From Malacoraja senta (Eukaryota), in contig CM075989.1 in assembly GCA_038087875.1 (NCBI GenBank), positions 8,868,001 through 8,931,900 on the forward strand: a stretch of DNA of 63,900 nucleotides. Direction: 5' to 3'. Below the pieces are notes generated by a model. It worked only from the letters and a program-made list of their open reading frames with translations, was not told where the DNA came from and did not search any database. The translations under genes were made by a program, and so were the position numbers. Shown here one piece after another: positions 36,236 through 51,357 of the stretch. How positions within the stretch are numbered: the first letter of the stretch is position 1; each line of letters starts with the position of its first letter.

Positions 36236-36859
36236 ATTCAGTTCAGTTCCATTTAGTTTATTGTCACGTGCAGGTAAAGTGAAAAGCTTTTAGTTACTTT
36301 TAGTGCTAAAAAGTCAGCAGAAAGACAATACGTGATTACAATTGATCCATTTACAGTGTATAGATACATGATAAGGGATTAACATTTAGAGATAAGGGAA
36401 TAACGTTTAGGGTGGGGTTACGTTTGAGGATGGGTCTGAGGTCAGATGATGTTTGGGGTCAGGACCCTTCTTCAGGAGTATAGGTCTGGCCTGGAGGCGG
36501 GCGGGTGTGTTTGAGCAAGTCCCTGCCATTGCTCGGCTGCTGAGGGTCACAGGGCTCAGCTCTGCTTCCCAGCCAGGCTTGCTGAGGGGTAGACATTGAG
36601 CAATTCCCCTTCACTTCACTGAAGTAACGCCCCTGGTGTCTTCCTGTCCGCCAGACTTTAATGCCTCGCTTCTGATCACACCTCTTGGTCCAAAGATTCC
36701 CCACTGCCTTAGTAAACCTACAGCAAACCCTCGGACCACAGAAGGCGGGGGTGTAGGAAGGAACTGCAGATGCTGGTTTGCACCGAGGATGGAGTAACTC
36801 AGCGGGACAGGCAGCATCTCCGGAGGGAAGGAATGGGTGACGTTTTGGGTGGAGGTGGC

Positions 36860-37163
36860 GTCTGTTATTGCCGAATTGCCCGCTATAACGAAGTGAGAGC
36901 GGGGTAACGTTTCACGCAAGACCAGGGTGCTGAAGAAACATGGCGTTGGGGTGATGGTGGGAGGGTTAAACCAGGGGGACGTCACAAGCCGAGGGAACCA
37001 CAGGGCGCCCCCGGCCCTATACGCGGTGCGCCAGGGACGGGCACGGTATGCCCATGGTGCCAGCTCATTGGGAAACTGGCGGAACTGGGGGGGGGGGGGG
37101 GGTGGCGCAACGGGCCATAACCAAGTCCGCTATAAAGAGGTCCGTTATTGCGAGGGTTTACTG
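36860..37163. mobile_element. Tigger/pogo-like MITE fragment (one end)
   Basis: Terminus GCGAGGGTTTACTG followed by TA; repeated CCGCTATAA/CCGTTATT motifs. Confidence 0.6.
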
Positions 37164-37871
37164 TAAATCTCTTTAACATATCTAACTACGTAGAATAGGC
37201 AGCAAAGAAATGTGTCACAGTGCAGGTGTTCCATAGCCCTGACCAAAATAACATGGCCGTCAACTGGCAAAGATACATCGCCCTTTGTGGAAGAAAGAGG
37301 GTCATTCTTTGCCATCCATTGAGAGAGGGACTTTGTGCTGTTGCCGTTGAGCGATATTAATTCCCCAAGTATTTGGCTGGGTTTAAAATCGCCCTTGTGT
37401 GTCCCACTCCCTGTGATCCCATATATAATAAAACATCACAATCCCCTGCTGACTGTGTTGGCAGGATTGACCTTCCCATCTGTGCGTGCAAGGCACAATC
37501 ATGAAATTTATATCAAAATTAGGATAATGCCCCATTGTCGGAGGTTGAAGTTAAAAATACACAAGGCTGACTGGTCAAATTAAATGAGTCCTTTCATTTG
37601 TGTAACACAGCTAACACGTCGCAGATTTGGAGAATTCATCTTTTATTACTTTAAAAGTTGACAGAGGAGCGCCAAAGCTGATCATCTTCAGTCTGCAAAG
37701 AGTCCGACAATCAGTCTGATAAAAGGGACCCGACCCGAAACGTCACCTATCCATGTCCTGAATCGCTGAGTTACTCCAGCACTTTGTCATTTTTATCTGA
37801 AATGGGACTGTCATTAATCTGAAGAATGGTCCCAACTGAAACATCCTCTGTCTATTCCCACTACATTTCGC

Positions 37872-38175
37872 AGGGCGGCACAGAGATGCAGCGGTAGAGT
37901 TGCTGCCTTACAACGCCAGAGACCCGGGTTAGATCCTCACTAGGGTGCTGTCTGTACGGAGTTTGTACATTCTCTCTGTGACTGCGTGGGTTTTCTCCGG
38001 GTGCTCAGGTTTCCCCCCACTCTCCAAAGACGTACATGTTTGTAGGTTAATTTGGCTTTGGTAAACATCGTAAATTGTCCCCGTGTGTAGGATGGTGCTG
38101 GTGTCCGGGATCGCTGGTCGGCATGGACTTGGCGGGCTGAAGGGCCTGTTTCTGCACTGTTATCTCTAAACTAAA
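37872..38175 (+). mobile_element. HE1-like SINE
   Basis: Full head, body and tail. Confidence 0.88.
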
Positions 38176-38874
38176 AACAATGATGCTGTCTGACGCTGAG
38201 TTACTCCAGCACTTTATGTCTTCTCTGATAATCTTCACATTGGTGTTAGGCTTCATGGGAATCAGGTTCAGTGAAAACAACAGAGATGGGAGGCAGTTTT
38301 ATTCTGTGTTCTCTCGTACTCCTTGGTCAGTGTGTAACGCACAACCTAACATCTCCTGTCAGTTCGTGCTGTTAGTCTTCCTTTTTAAGCAGCTGGCGTT
38401 TCAACCTCGTGGGCATCGAAGCACAGACCCACAGCATGCCCATCGATGCCCTCACGCTGAACGTTTCCAGTAGAGGCTGGACAGCAGGTGGGTCTGCTGG
38501 ATTTCACACCTCTCCGCCCGACCCTCCCTGCTCTCTTCACCCTTCGTCACCCCTCTCCCCCGATTCTCCCTCTCTCCCCTGAGTCCTCTCACACCCCTCC
38601 TCCTCCTCCAAACAGACCATCCAACAGTACAGCACAGGAACAGGCCCTTTGAGCTGAAAATGATGCCAAGACCAACCCTTTCTGCCTGCATATGATCCAT
38701 GTCCATCCATTCCTGCATATCCACGTGCCCATGAAAAAGCCTCTGGAACGCCCCTATCGTACCTGCTCCCACCACCACCCCCGGCTGCAGCCTCCAAGCA
38801 CCAACACCCTCTGCGGAAAAAAATTTGCCCCGCGCGTCTCTTTTAAACTTTGCCCCTCTCATCTTACGAGATTG

Positions 38875-39070
38875 CCTCTCCTTCCCCCCTCTTCCAACTC
38901 CCTTCCAGAGCCTTTCTTTTGTCTCCTTCCCTCCCTCCCTTCCCCCTCCCTCTCCTCCCATTCCTCCACCCCACTCCACCTTCATCTCTATGTTCCCCTC
39001 TTTCTCCCCTCCCACTTCCCTCTTCTACCATCTCTCCCCCCCCCATCCCCTCCCCTGCTCCCTTTCCTAA
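38875..39070. repeat. Polypyrimidine low-complexity tract
   Basis: C/T-rich on the + strand. Confidence 0.85.
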
Positions 39071-39594
39071 CCACCTGTTCTCACCTCCAGCCCGGAGCTG
39101 TGCTGATTAAGCTGAAGGTTTACGCTGTGTGTTTGAGTGCACTTTCACTGACTGAGCTTCTGTGAGAGAGACAGGAAGCAGCTTTAAAATACATGCCAAA
39201 AGAGTCAGAAATTGATAATTCATCATGACCTGAATTCACTTAAGGAACTTCCAATCCAGAAACACTGTGAACGGCTCGACTGCAATCATGTAGACACTTT
39301 CCACTGACGGGATAATATGCAATAAAAAGCTTTTCACTGTATCTCGGTTCACGTGAACAATAAACTAAAGTACAGTAAACAAAACTAAACCAAACCAAAT
39401 CTGCCAATCTCGACCACATTGGCACACTGGGCCAGTCCCATTTGCCTGCAATGGACCCATAGATCTTCAAACACTTCTTACCCATCTATCGGTCCAAATG
39501 TCTTTGGAAGGTCGTAATTGTCTATCCCCTTCCAAAGTTTCTACTGGTGGCATGTTCCAGGTTCCAATGACCCTCTGAGCAAAAACGATGAGGT

Positions 39595-40852
39595 CCAAGT
39601 ACAAGTTCACATTTATTGGCACATGCACCAATTAAGGTACAGTGAAATTTAAGTTACCATGCGGCCATGAGGGCCTGTCCCACTTGGGCGTCATTTGCGC
39701 GTCATTTACATGAGAGGCCGGTAGTGACTGACGTGCGACAGTCGCACGAAAATCGTCTAGCAGTACGAGTCGCGTGCCAAGTGCTCTTGAGGAGCCATTT
39801 GCGATGTCGTTCGTATTTAGTCCGATCTCCGTGGCAAGGATTTTCCCAGTGAAAAAATTTCAAAACTACGCCCGCTTTATACCCGGGTGGTCACGTGGTG
39901 CAGCGCTCAAATGACGCACATATGGCGCGCCGATGGCGTTCGGGCGGCGCATAGTTACGGACGTTGAAGCACGGCGATGCATAATAAATTAGCATAGGCA
40001 ATGTTCGTGCATCACCATTGCGTAACCATGCGTCACCACGCGCTACACGTACGCCGTCAGTACGTCAGTGTACGCAATCAGTACGTCAGCGTGCGCAAGG
40101 GATACGTCACGCAGGTGGCGCGTGAGGATTTTGAGCATTCCGTAATCCTGGGGCGCCGCGTGTTACCAAGCGTCACTGCACACGCCACCACGCCTCACCA
40201 CACGCCATGCACGCGTCACGACGCGCCAACCAATTTTTAGGGTGTCGCGTAAATGACGCCCAAGTGGAACAGGCCCCTATACAATCAAAAGAACACTATA
40301 CCAATAGAATTTACCATAAACATCCACCACATTCTTCATTGTGATGGAAAGCAATAACATTCAGCCAGTCCTCCTCCTTTGTTTACCCGTGGTCGAGGCC
40401 ATGAACCCTCCGTAGTCGCCGTTACAGATGGCCCGATGTACAAGCCCTCTCGCGGGATGCTCGAAACTCCGACGTCGGTGCGGACGGAACACACTCTCCG
40501 GCTTGAAGTTCCCGAATCGCCCACTTTCTTGCCGGAGACTATGGCTTCACGATGTTGTAGACCGCAGGCCCGGCAGTCGGAGCACTTGTTCCGGCGATCC
40601 CCCGGCAAGGGATCGCCCCGCTCCGTGATGGTAAGTCCGCACTGCGCCTGCTGCTGAAGCTCTGGGTCGGTCCCAGAGAAAGGCCGCACAATCCAAGTTG
40701 TTAGGCCCTAAGGGGGAGGGGGCGAAGATGCCACAAAGAAACCTATCCCCCCCCACACTAAAACATACATTTGGACATACTAAAAAACAAAAAAAGTCGA
40801 AAGGACAAACACGCTGCTGGCGAGGCTGCCACTCGCGGCGCCAGCCGATGGC
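39595..40852 (-). mobile_element. GC-rich non-autonomous retroelement interrupted by the Harbinger MITE
   Basis: Rex-like tail at 39595-39668; body architecture similar to 11886-12848 and 54612-55370. Confidence 0.55.
39670..40277. mobile_element. PIF/Harbinger-type MITE, CpG-rich
   Basis: TIR GGGCCTGTCCCACTTGGGCGTCATTT / AAATGACGCCCAAGTGGAACAGGCCC; TSD unclear. Confidence 0.8.
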
Positions 40853-41644
40853 CACTTTACATATCTCCCCTCTCATCTTAAGCCGATGTACCCTAGTTTC
40901 AGAGTCTGTAGTGTGGTTTACACCAAAGATAGACACAAAAAGCTGGAGTAACAGGGTAGGCAGCTTCTCTGGACAAAGAGGAATAGGCGACGTGGGTCGA
41001 GACCCTCTTAAGACTGAGAGTCAGGGGAGAGGGAAATGAGGATATGAAAGATACAAATGATTGAAAGGTATGACAAAGGACAAATGAAAGCCAGCAACAA
41101 GGAACAAGGGAAGGTGGAGTAAACTGTTTCACTTTCAGTTTAATTCTAACTGTGTTTTGCAAAGATATCTTGTTTCTCCTCCCACAGTTTTTTTTTCTTT
41201 TCTCCACCTTGCAGAATTCTAGGTGTGATTTATGTATAATGCGTGTTGTCTGAGTCTATGTGATGTTGCTGCCAGCAAGATTATGAATGTACATGTACTT
41301 GCCGTACTGGTGCATATGACAAAGAGCTTGGCCTGCCTTGGCTGCCTGCACCTTGTGTGTGGAGCGGGGCTGAAGGTCGCAGCCATCTGCGGTGGTGACG
41401 AGAGGGCCGCTGCCTGTGCCTGAACGGCAGGGGGTGTGAGAATCACGCTGGGCCGGGATTAGGTCACAATGGGTCTTTGCGTTATACTGCCGTTATCACC
41501 GCCAGTCTCCGTCTGATAGACTCATGCAGTGAGCTGGAATGAGATACAGTCAGACCGTGCCAAGACCAGCCCCTGGCACTGGAGTGTGAAAAGGATTTAA
41601 GGCACCCTGCTTGTAGCAGAGTCTGAACCTAATCCTTAGAGCGT

Positions 41645-41945
41645 CACAGTGGCGCAGCTGGCAGAGCTTTTGCCTTACATCGCCAGGGACCCAGGTTCGA
41701 TTCTGACCTCAGGTGCTGTTGTGTGAAGTTTGCATGTCTTCCCTGTGACCGCGTGGGTTTCCTTTGGGCACTCCAGTTTCCTATCACATCCCAAAGATGT
41801 GCAGGTTTATTGGTTGATGTGTCCCTGGTGTGTAGTGAGTGGATGAGAAAGGGGGATAATGTAGAACTGGTGTGACCAGGTTGCAATGGACTGTGTGGGT
41901 TGGTGAGCTGTTTCCATACTGTATCTCTCAACAAAACTAAACTAA
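41645..41945 (+). mobile_element. HE1-like SINE variant
   Basis: Head with GGTTCGATTC B box; tail. Confidence 0.8.
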
Positions 41946-42559
41946 GCTTATTCTAACCCAATGAACGTAGAAGAGGGAGAGGTGTTTGCCTAATTTTACT
42001 TCGGAGTCACGTGAGTGACTACGTGAAGAACCCGCTCAGTGCGCAGGCGCGGCATTACGCCAGCAGTGCAACAGTGGCGGCAGCTGGAGTTAGGCTCTCT
42101 GGCTGCAGTTTAAATAACGGACCGTTAGGTAAGTGTACTGAAGTAGAGGAAGATCTAATGGAGAAGGAGAGTCGTTGTGTGGTGTGTTCTTTACAAAAAT
42201 GAGTACACTCAGGACAAGACTCTCGAAGAGAACTGCCCCCCAGGCTCAACTCCACCAGAGGAGCGTTCAATCTCAGGGGGGCAGCAACAGGCGGCAGGAC
42301 CGCTCATAGAACGCTCTGCTATCCCCGAGACCGAGCCAAGCCCAGTCCCGCTAATGCCTGAACAGCGGACAGGGAGAAAATCACTAGAAAAACTAACCGG
42401 ACGGTAATTTCCGATTCGTCGGATGGGAACCATGTCTCCACCTAAACGGAGGAGAGACAGCAGCCAGAGCTTACAACAGCTCTTGGAGCAGATGCTCCAG
42501 CGGGATACGCAGAAAGAGCGTTCTCGCGGAGGAAGGTCAGGCACCTCCTCCACAGTGCA

Positions 42560-43620
42560 TTGATCTTAAAGATGCTTACTATCTAATACCCATACACAAG
42601 GATCATTGCAGATACCTAAAATTTATCTGGTTGGGGCAGCTGTGGCAGTACAAAGCATTGCCCAATGGGCTAACTTCAGCCCAAGATTATTCACCAATAT
42701 ATTGAAAATAGCCATGGCAATACTAAGAAAACAAAAACATATAGTCATGGCATAGCTGGATGATATTCTGATAGTAGGGAAAATGATGGAATTGGCTGTG
42801 GCAGCAGTATCAGCTACAAAACAGCTCGTTGAAACTCTGGGGTTCGTCCTACATCCAGATAAATCTAGGTTGAAGCCATCCACTATCATGGACTACCTGG
42901 GCTTCACAATTAACTCAGTCCATAGATTGTTACCTTGCCAAAGGGAAAAATGGTAGCATTAGCACAATCATGCAACAATTTAATGGTCAACAACGACCAA
43001 CTATTTGACAAGTAGCAAGAGTGATTGGGAAAAGGTAGCAGCATTTCTGGCTACACAATTCGGACCCTTTGCACTATCAAAATTTACAAAGAGCAAAGGT
43101 ACAGGCACTAAAACGACATACAGGTCACTATGATTGTGTCATGAAATTACCCACTGAAGCAATATCAGAGCTACAGTGGTGGGCAGAAATGTTTGGCATA
43201 GTTTCAGCTCTAACAATCATCACTAACCCTACTTTAGTTCTTCAAACAGATGCAGTGCTCAAGGCTGGGGAGCAACTAACTCCATATCCAGCACAGGTGG
43301 TAGATGGACTAACCTAGAGTCATCATTATTACTGACACTGGGCATTAACTATCTACAGATGTTGGGCGGCTTTTATGGTTTAAAAGCATATGTATCTAAT
43401 ATGCAGCACTTGCATGTTCGGTTACAGTTTGATAATACTATGGTGGTGGCTTATATTAACCATATGGGCGGCATAAAATCATTATCATGCGACAAATTGG
43501 TCAACGTGATTTGGCAATGGTGTGTCGAAAGACATATTTGGCTATCAGCTACTTATCTACCAGGTAAGCTAAAACACAGTGGCAGACACCAGGTCACGCA
43601 AATTCAATGATAACAGCCAT
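42560..43620 (+). pseudogene. DIRS RT/RNase H remnants
   Basis: IDLKDAYY, LPNGL, *LDD (mutated YLDD), LQTDA, HVRLQFDNTMVVAYINHMGG, ATYLPGK; frameshifts and stops. Confidence 0.9.
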
Positions 43621-43743
43621 GGTTCCCGGTTCTACATGACATGGTGGTTGAGTCACCAATGGTCTTTCCCAGTGATCCAGGATTATTAACTCACCCAGTA
43701 TCAGCCATAAGCCACCCATGCCATGAGAAATTAAACTCCTGGG

Positions 43744-44725
43744 TTGCAGGTTTTGAATAGACCTTACCTGGAACTGGGATTGTCCGAACGAACCATCACC
43801 ACCATGTCGGCATCCCTTCGAACATCCACCAAGAGGCAGTACTTAATCAGCATAACAAAATGGGAGAAGTACTGCCAGGAAACAGGTACAACGTATGCAA
43901 CAGCCACAGCCACCAACGTACTGGAGTTCCTGGCCCATCTACACCATGATGAAGGGATTAGTTACAGTGCCATCAACACAGCGCGGAGTGCTCTTTCTGC
44001 TTATCTCAAACCAGCAGGACAACAGGCAATGGGATCCCATCCACTGGTGGTAAACTGATGAAGGGCATTATAATATCAAGCCCCCTAAACCCAGGTATAC
44101 CCATATTTGGGATATCAGTGTGGTCCTGACATACCTCAGGGAATGGCCACCAGCCAGATCCCTCAGCCTCGAGCAATCTACACTAAAGACGCTCATGTTG
44201 ATGGCACTGGTATCCGCTCAGAGGTCCAGTCACTACACAAGTTAAGGCTGGACAACATGGTGACCACCAGATCAGATCACATTCATCATACAGGGTCTGG
44301 TGATGAAGCAAGAGCCAGGAACAGTAATCCACTGGTGGTATTCGGGCCTACCCACAAGAGCCACGGTTGTGTGTCGTGACCATCTACAACATTACATAGA
44401 CACAACCACACAATATCAGAGGGAGTGAAAAAGCCTTATGGGTCAGCCACAAGAAACCTCATGGCCGGGTAACGAGCCAAACCATTTCAAGATGGCTCTA
44501 AACAGGTACTGAAGGCTGCCGGAATAGATACTATACATTTAAATCTCATTCCACTAGGGCAGCATCTACATCAACGGCCGACAGAATGGACGTACCGGTT
44601 GAACCATATTCTGAATACAGCAGGATGGTCAGAGGGAAACGACATTCAGAACTTTTTATAATAAGCCGTTGATGAAACCTGATTTATTTGCAGAGAAAAT
44701 ATTACAAAGCTGCAAATATTTAATT
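43744..44725 (+). pseudogene. DIRS tyrosine recombinase remnant
   Basis: SYSAINTARSALS (core-binding region), TISRWL, FKSHSTRAASTS, AGW, FYNKP; frameshifted. Confidence 0.9.
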
Positions 44726-45734
44726 TAAGCCCGGGGGAGCACTTTAATTTTTGTTATTGTTAATAAATACCTTTGTTGTTTTCTTGAAAAACAGATTCAT
44801 TGGTTGATTACGATAACACTTCCTCCCTCAAGAACTTCGGCAGTGAGTAAAATAAAACTGTTACACGGTTTGAAATCACAGAGCTTTGAAGTCTTCCACG
44901 TAGTCACTCACGTGACTCCGAAGTAAAATAGTAAGATTAAACGAGAACTTACCAGTTTGAAGTTTGATCTGTATTTTATGAGGAGTTACGATGAGGGATT
45001 ACGTGCCCTCCGGTCCCACCCTCATTATATGGATCTAATAAATTGATGTCTCTTTTTCTTTACTATGTTTACTTCAAATACCTGTGTCTATCTGTGATTC
45101 CACACCGCTGCTTGGAAGTATGCCGCGCCTGCGCACTGAGCGGGTCTTCACGTAATCCCTCATCGTAACTCCTCATAAAATACAGATCAAACCTCAAACT
45201 GGTAAGTTCTCGTTTAATCTTACTATTTTCACTCATCCCCTGAAGCCTCTGAGCATTCCCCTTGACCTTGCTGACGCCCCCTCATGCTTCTTCCCGCCCA
45301 CCCCCTGTCAAACACCTGAGCATCTCTGAAACCATTGCTCCCCCTTTGCCTTAATAGCTGCTGCTGGCTGGAGGAAATCCTTTGTGTGGTCAGCGCACTG
45401 ATTGTCTTTCGATACATGCAGTCGGCAGCATTGATGACATTGGAGCTCGAACGGAACCCACGGCACCAATTGAGTGCCATCCAGCCATCCAGCCTTTGCC
45501 AGCTCTTCAAAAAGAGCTATCCAAATAGAGAAACCAGGAGCAGAAGAAGGCATTCAGTCTTGTTCTGAAACCGTTCTGTCATTCGACACAGTTGATCTAT
45601 TTGAATATTCCCACCTCTCCAATGCTCACCAATACGCTTTCTGTCTGGGAATCTTTTTAGTCAAGTCCAAGAGAGTTTATTGTCAGTGTCCCAGATAGGA
45701 CAATGAAATTCTTGCTCGCTCATTTTTTTTCAGC

Positions 45735-46018
45735 CACACAGCATGGAAACAGGCCCTTCGGCCATCGAGTCCGCAGCGACCAGCAATCCCTGCACACTAG
45801 CACTATCCTACACACACTAGGGACAATTTACAATTCCGCCAAGCAATTAACCCATAAACCTGTATGTCTTTGGAATGTGGGAGGAAACCGGAGATCCCGG
45901 AGAAACCCACAGCAGTCATGGAGAACGTACAAACTCCACACAGACAGCACCCGTAGTCAGGATCGTACCCGGGTCTCTGGCGCTGTGAGGCAGCAACTCT
46001 ACCGCTGCGCCAACGTGC
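45735..46018 (-). mobile_element. HE1-like SINE
   Basis: Matches other copies. Confidence 0.9.
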
Positions 46019-46511
46019 TTCTTAACTATATTCTGTGACTTCCATTTTTTCCTTGCAACATAGAAGGAGGCTAATTTGGCCCATCAAGATCATGCTAGCT
46101 CACAAAGTAATCCCATTCCCTGAATACTTTCCCCTGTATTCTATTCTCCCCTTTTCTCATTAACTCACCGAGATTCTACTGTTCCCCTACAAACTAGGGG
46201 CAACTTATATTGGACAATTAACCTTCCAGTCTACCCATCTTGTGGATGTGGGAAAAAACCAGAGCACCCAGGTAATTCCACGTGGTCATAGGGAGAGGAT
46301 GTGACCTCCCACAAACAGCACCCGAGGTCAGGATTGGACCCTGGGTCACTGGAGCTGTGAGGCAACATCGCTACTGACTGCCCCATCATACTATCCCCAG
46401 TCCCTGTTACTATCCCCAAAGAAGGCATCTTATTCTTTTTTTTAATACCTGATTTGCCAGAAGTGGAATTTTTAACAAAGGGGGCAGACATTTTTTTAGT
46501 TAGTTTAGTTT

Positions 46512-46865
46512 ATAGACAACAGACAATAGACAATAGCTGCAGGAGTGGCCATTCGGCCCTTCGATCCATCGATCCAGCACCACCATTCAATGTGATTGTA
46601 TTTTTTTTGTGATTCTATGCATTGTAAGGTGTCCTTGGGTTTTAGAAAGGCGCCAGTAAATAAAATGAATTATAATAATTATTATTATTATCATGGCTGA
46701 TCATCCCCAATCAGTACCCCGTTCCTGCCTTCTCCCCATATCCCCTGACTCCGCTATCTTTAAGAGCCTTATCTACCTCTCTCTTGAAAGTATCCAGAGA
46801 ACCGGCCTCCACCGCCCTCTGAGGCAGGGAATTCCACAGACTCACAACTCTCTGTGTGAAAAAAT
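46512..46865 (-). mobile_element. CR1 3' end containing a ~95-bp L2-type tail insertion (46596-46691, +)
   Basis: Insert is nearly identical to the tail of the 11886 element. Confidence 0.85.
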
Positions 46866-47881
46866 GTATTGTAGCGTGTACCGAGGTACAGTGAAAAGCT
46901 TTTGTTGCGTGCTAACCAGTCAGCTGAAAGACAATACGTGATTGCAATCTCGCCATTCACAGTGTACAGATACAGGATAAAGGGAATAACGAGAATAACA
47001 TTTGGTGCAAGATAAAGCCAGTAAAGTCTGATCAAAGATCATCCATGGTCTTCAATGAGGTAGATAGTAGTTCAGGACTGCTCTCTAGTTGTGGTAGGAT
47101 AGTTCTGATAATAGCTGGGAAGAAACTATCTAATTACCTTTTTGCCCCCATGTCTTGTTTTTTTTACTGTCTTCATTCTTTTACAAGTTTTGCATGTCAT
47201 TGTTGTATAATTATGTTTTTGATGTGTTTGTCTGAGTCAATGTGCCCGTGATGCTGCTCCAGGCAATATTTTTTCATTGTACCTGCACCTCACTTGTACT
47301 TGGGCCTCTGACAAGAAACTGAACTTGACTTGAAATAGCGCTGCACTGTAGTATGTTCTACATACAGCCCTTGTGTAATAGAATTGCAGAGCGATTGGTC
47401 CTGTTTGCATTCATGGATCAGGATTTTAACATCCTTGTGCTCTTATCTGCTTCACCATCTCCTGAGTCGATGTTGTTCAGGCCAGTTCTTCAGTGAAAAT
47501 AACAGAAAATACCCAAACAGCAGGAGTTGTTCCCGAGCAACATCAGCTAGTTACTTAGATACCTAATAGTTTGCGATTAGTTTCATGGAAAACCAAGCAA
47601 TTGTACATTTGCCCTGAAACTACCTCAGTTGATTCCAGGACAGTATTTGTTTGACTAAGCCCTCCCCCCCCCCCCCCCCCCCCCCCCCCCCTCTGTGAAG
47701 TTCTTTAGTATAGTTTATTTCAGGTCAAAGAGCCTTCATCAGTTCTGCTGCATTTTTTCCAGCATGATCTGTTCTTAAGTAGAATCAAGGAACCACACAT
47801 GCTAGTTTTGCATCAGTCTGACGAGGGGTCCCGACCCGAAACATCACCTATCCTCGTTATATCCAGGGACCCGCTGAGTTA

Positions 47882-48108
47882 ACGGCCTGTCCCACTTTCA
47901 CAACCTAATTCACGACCTTTTTTACTCGTGGACATTTTTCATCAGGCTAGAAAAACGCCCCGACCTACTTGATGCCACGAGTACCTACGACTAGCATCAG
48001 GACCTGCTACGACCTACCTACGACCTCGTGACGACCACGCTCCGGAGTATGAGTCAAGGCAAACTCGGCAGAGGTCGTGAATTAGGTCGTGAAAGTGGGA
48101 CAGGCCCT
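47882..48108. mobile_element. PIF/Harbinger-type MITE inserted in a Penelope-derived repeat
   Basis: TIR ACGGCCTGTCCCACTTTCAC / GTGAAAGTGGGACAGGCCCT; TTA TSD; removing it restores CTGAGTTACTCC. Confidence 0.92.
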
Positions 48109-48172
48109 TTACTCCGGCACTTTGTGTCTGGCTCGGTTTATTTCAGATTCTCAGCATCTGCAGTTTCTGTTG

Positions 48173-49546
<1,374 letters not shown>

Positions 49547-51357
49547 TCCTAATAATAGCAAGCTAATGAAAATGACTGAGGTATAAATACAGGCCAGGTG
49601 GCCAGGGAGAACTCTCTGACTTTTCTCTGGAAGCGCTGCTGAGGATCTTTGAAAGTCACCTGAGTGGGAGCAGTTGTATTTTCTTCACACAAGACATGAA
49701 TAATTTATTTTTTCAGTGAAGAGCACTTAACGTTCTTTTGGAAGATCACAGCCAAACCAGTGCTGGGTACGAAGGCTCTTCCCTCCATACTGCGACACCA
49801 TTCACCCAATCATAAAGCAGTCCTTTTGATACAATGCTCCCTTTTACAGTGGGTTCCTTTGTCCGTAAGGGGCTGCTTGTAAAGAAGCCAATGAGCTCTT
49901 ATAGGTTGCCCATGAAATCTCCCACAACCAACTATATAGGCCAAGGATAGACACAAAAAGCTGGAGTAACTCAGCAATTCAGACAGCATCTCTGGATGAA
50001 AGGAATAGGTGACGTTTTGGGTCGAGACCTTCAGACTGCTGAAGGGTCTCGTCACCTATTTTAGGTCTATCGAGCATCGAGTCAGCATTGATTCTACTGT
50101 GCCATTCAATCATGGCTGATCTATCTTTCCCTCTCAAACCCATTCTCCTGCCTTCTCCCGTAACCTTTGACACACTTACTAATCAAGAAAACAAGCAAAT
50201 CTGCACTTTAAAAATACCCAATGACTTTGCATAGGCCTCCGCAGCTGTCTATGTCAATACATTCCGCAGATTCACCACCCTCTGGCTGAAGAAATTCCTC
50301 CTCATCTTCATTCCTAAAGATACGTCCCTTTATTCTGAGGCTGTGCCCTCTGTTCCACATCCACTCTATGGGAGCAGGGACCATGCTGTGTTCCACCAAG
50401 CAAGCTTCCTGTAAAAGCCCAAAGGGCCACCAAAGACGAGGGGCTGTGTGACTGGCCCTCAGGCCCCAGGAGAGAAGCCATGCTTTGGCAACAGGCAAAA
50501 AAGCGGAGAGGAAATCGCGTAAAAAGAAAAAAATCCCAGGGAAAATAAGATTCCAGATCCGATAAAAAGAAAAGCAATCTTCTGTATTAAAATCAACAAC
50601 AGCTCTGAAGGGATCTTTGTCCCAGCTTGGCCTTCTTTCTTCTTAACAAGTCAGACGACGGACTCGACGTGACTTCAGGATAAATCTAATTACTGGCTTT
50701 CTGATGAAGAGAGGCAATAACAGGGTGCTGCCAAATTCAGGCCCCACCGTGGTGTGGAGCACAGGGGCCGCATCCTCCAGTGAACAGGCCCTGTCATTTA
50801 CAAAAGCAGGCCATCGCCCTATCCTCTCACGACCTGTTAGCCAACAGCGGGTGAAATCAGACGGGGTACCAAGCCCTCCAGTGGGTACCAGTCAGCATAG
50901 ATATCCCGGGAATAGATGGGAACGGTGCGGAATGTCCCGCCACGCTTGCAGCACTTTACTCACCGCAGGCCGCCTATCGCTGATTTTTTCAAAGTGGGAT
51001 CAGTTTCCTGGGGTTTTGGAAATGCCGGGATTCGTAAGCATCTGTCATTTGATTTGCACAGTGTTGAGTGGTCTTGTTTTTCACGCACTAACGCACTGTG
51101 GTCTTTCACATTAGATGAGAGGGTGGCGGGGGGTTTCGAGAGATGGCTGCCGTTGGCAAGGTCACATTTATTGACTTGCTCGATGCCGCCCCGAGCAATT
51201 GGGAGTTTATTTGTTTCCAAATGAGCAGCTTGCTGGGCCACGTCTGAATGCACCAAGAGGCAACTGAGGCCATGAACAGACAGAGAGGCAGCCTCCGTGC
51301 CCAGACGCCAAGTGGACCATCTGCAGCCCACTCCCGGTTAATCCTCCTTAAGCCATT

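Larger units (their letters stand above)
41994..45229 (+). mobile_element. DIRS1-type tyrosine-recombinase retrotransposon, internally deleted and degenerate
   Basis: Left ITR about 41994-42055; right ITR plus extension 45120-45229; ICR 44897-45005; TTTT at both ends; RT, RNase H and YR remnants. Confidence 0.95.

Noticed and set aside
47665..47691. Poly-C run of about 27 nt
   Set aside because: Simple homopolymer, with several similar C/G runs in the window
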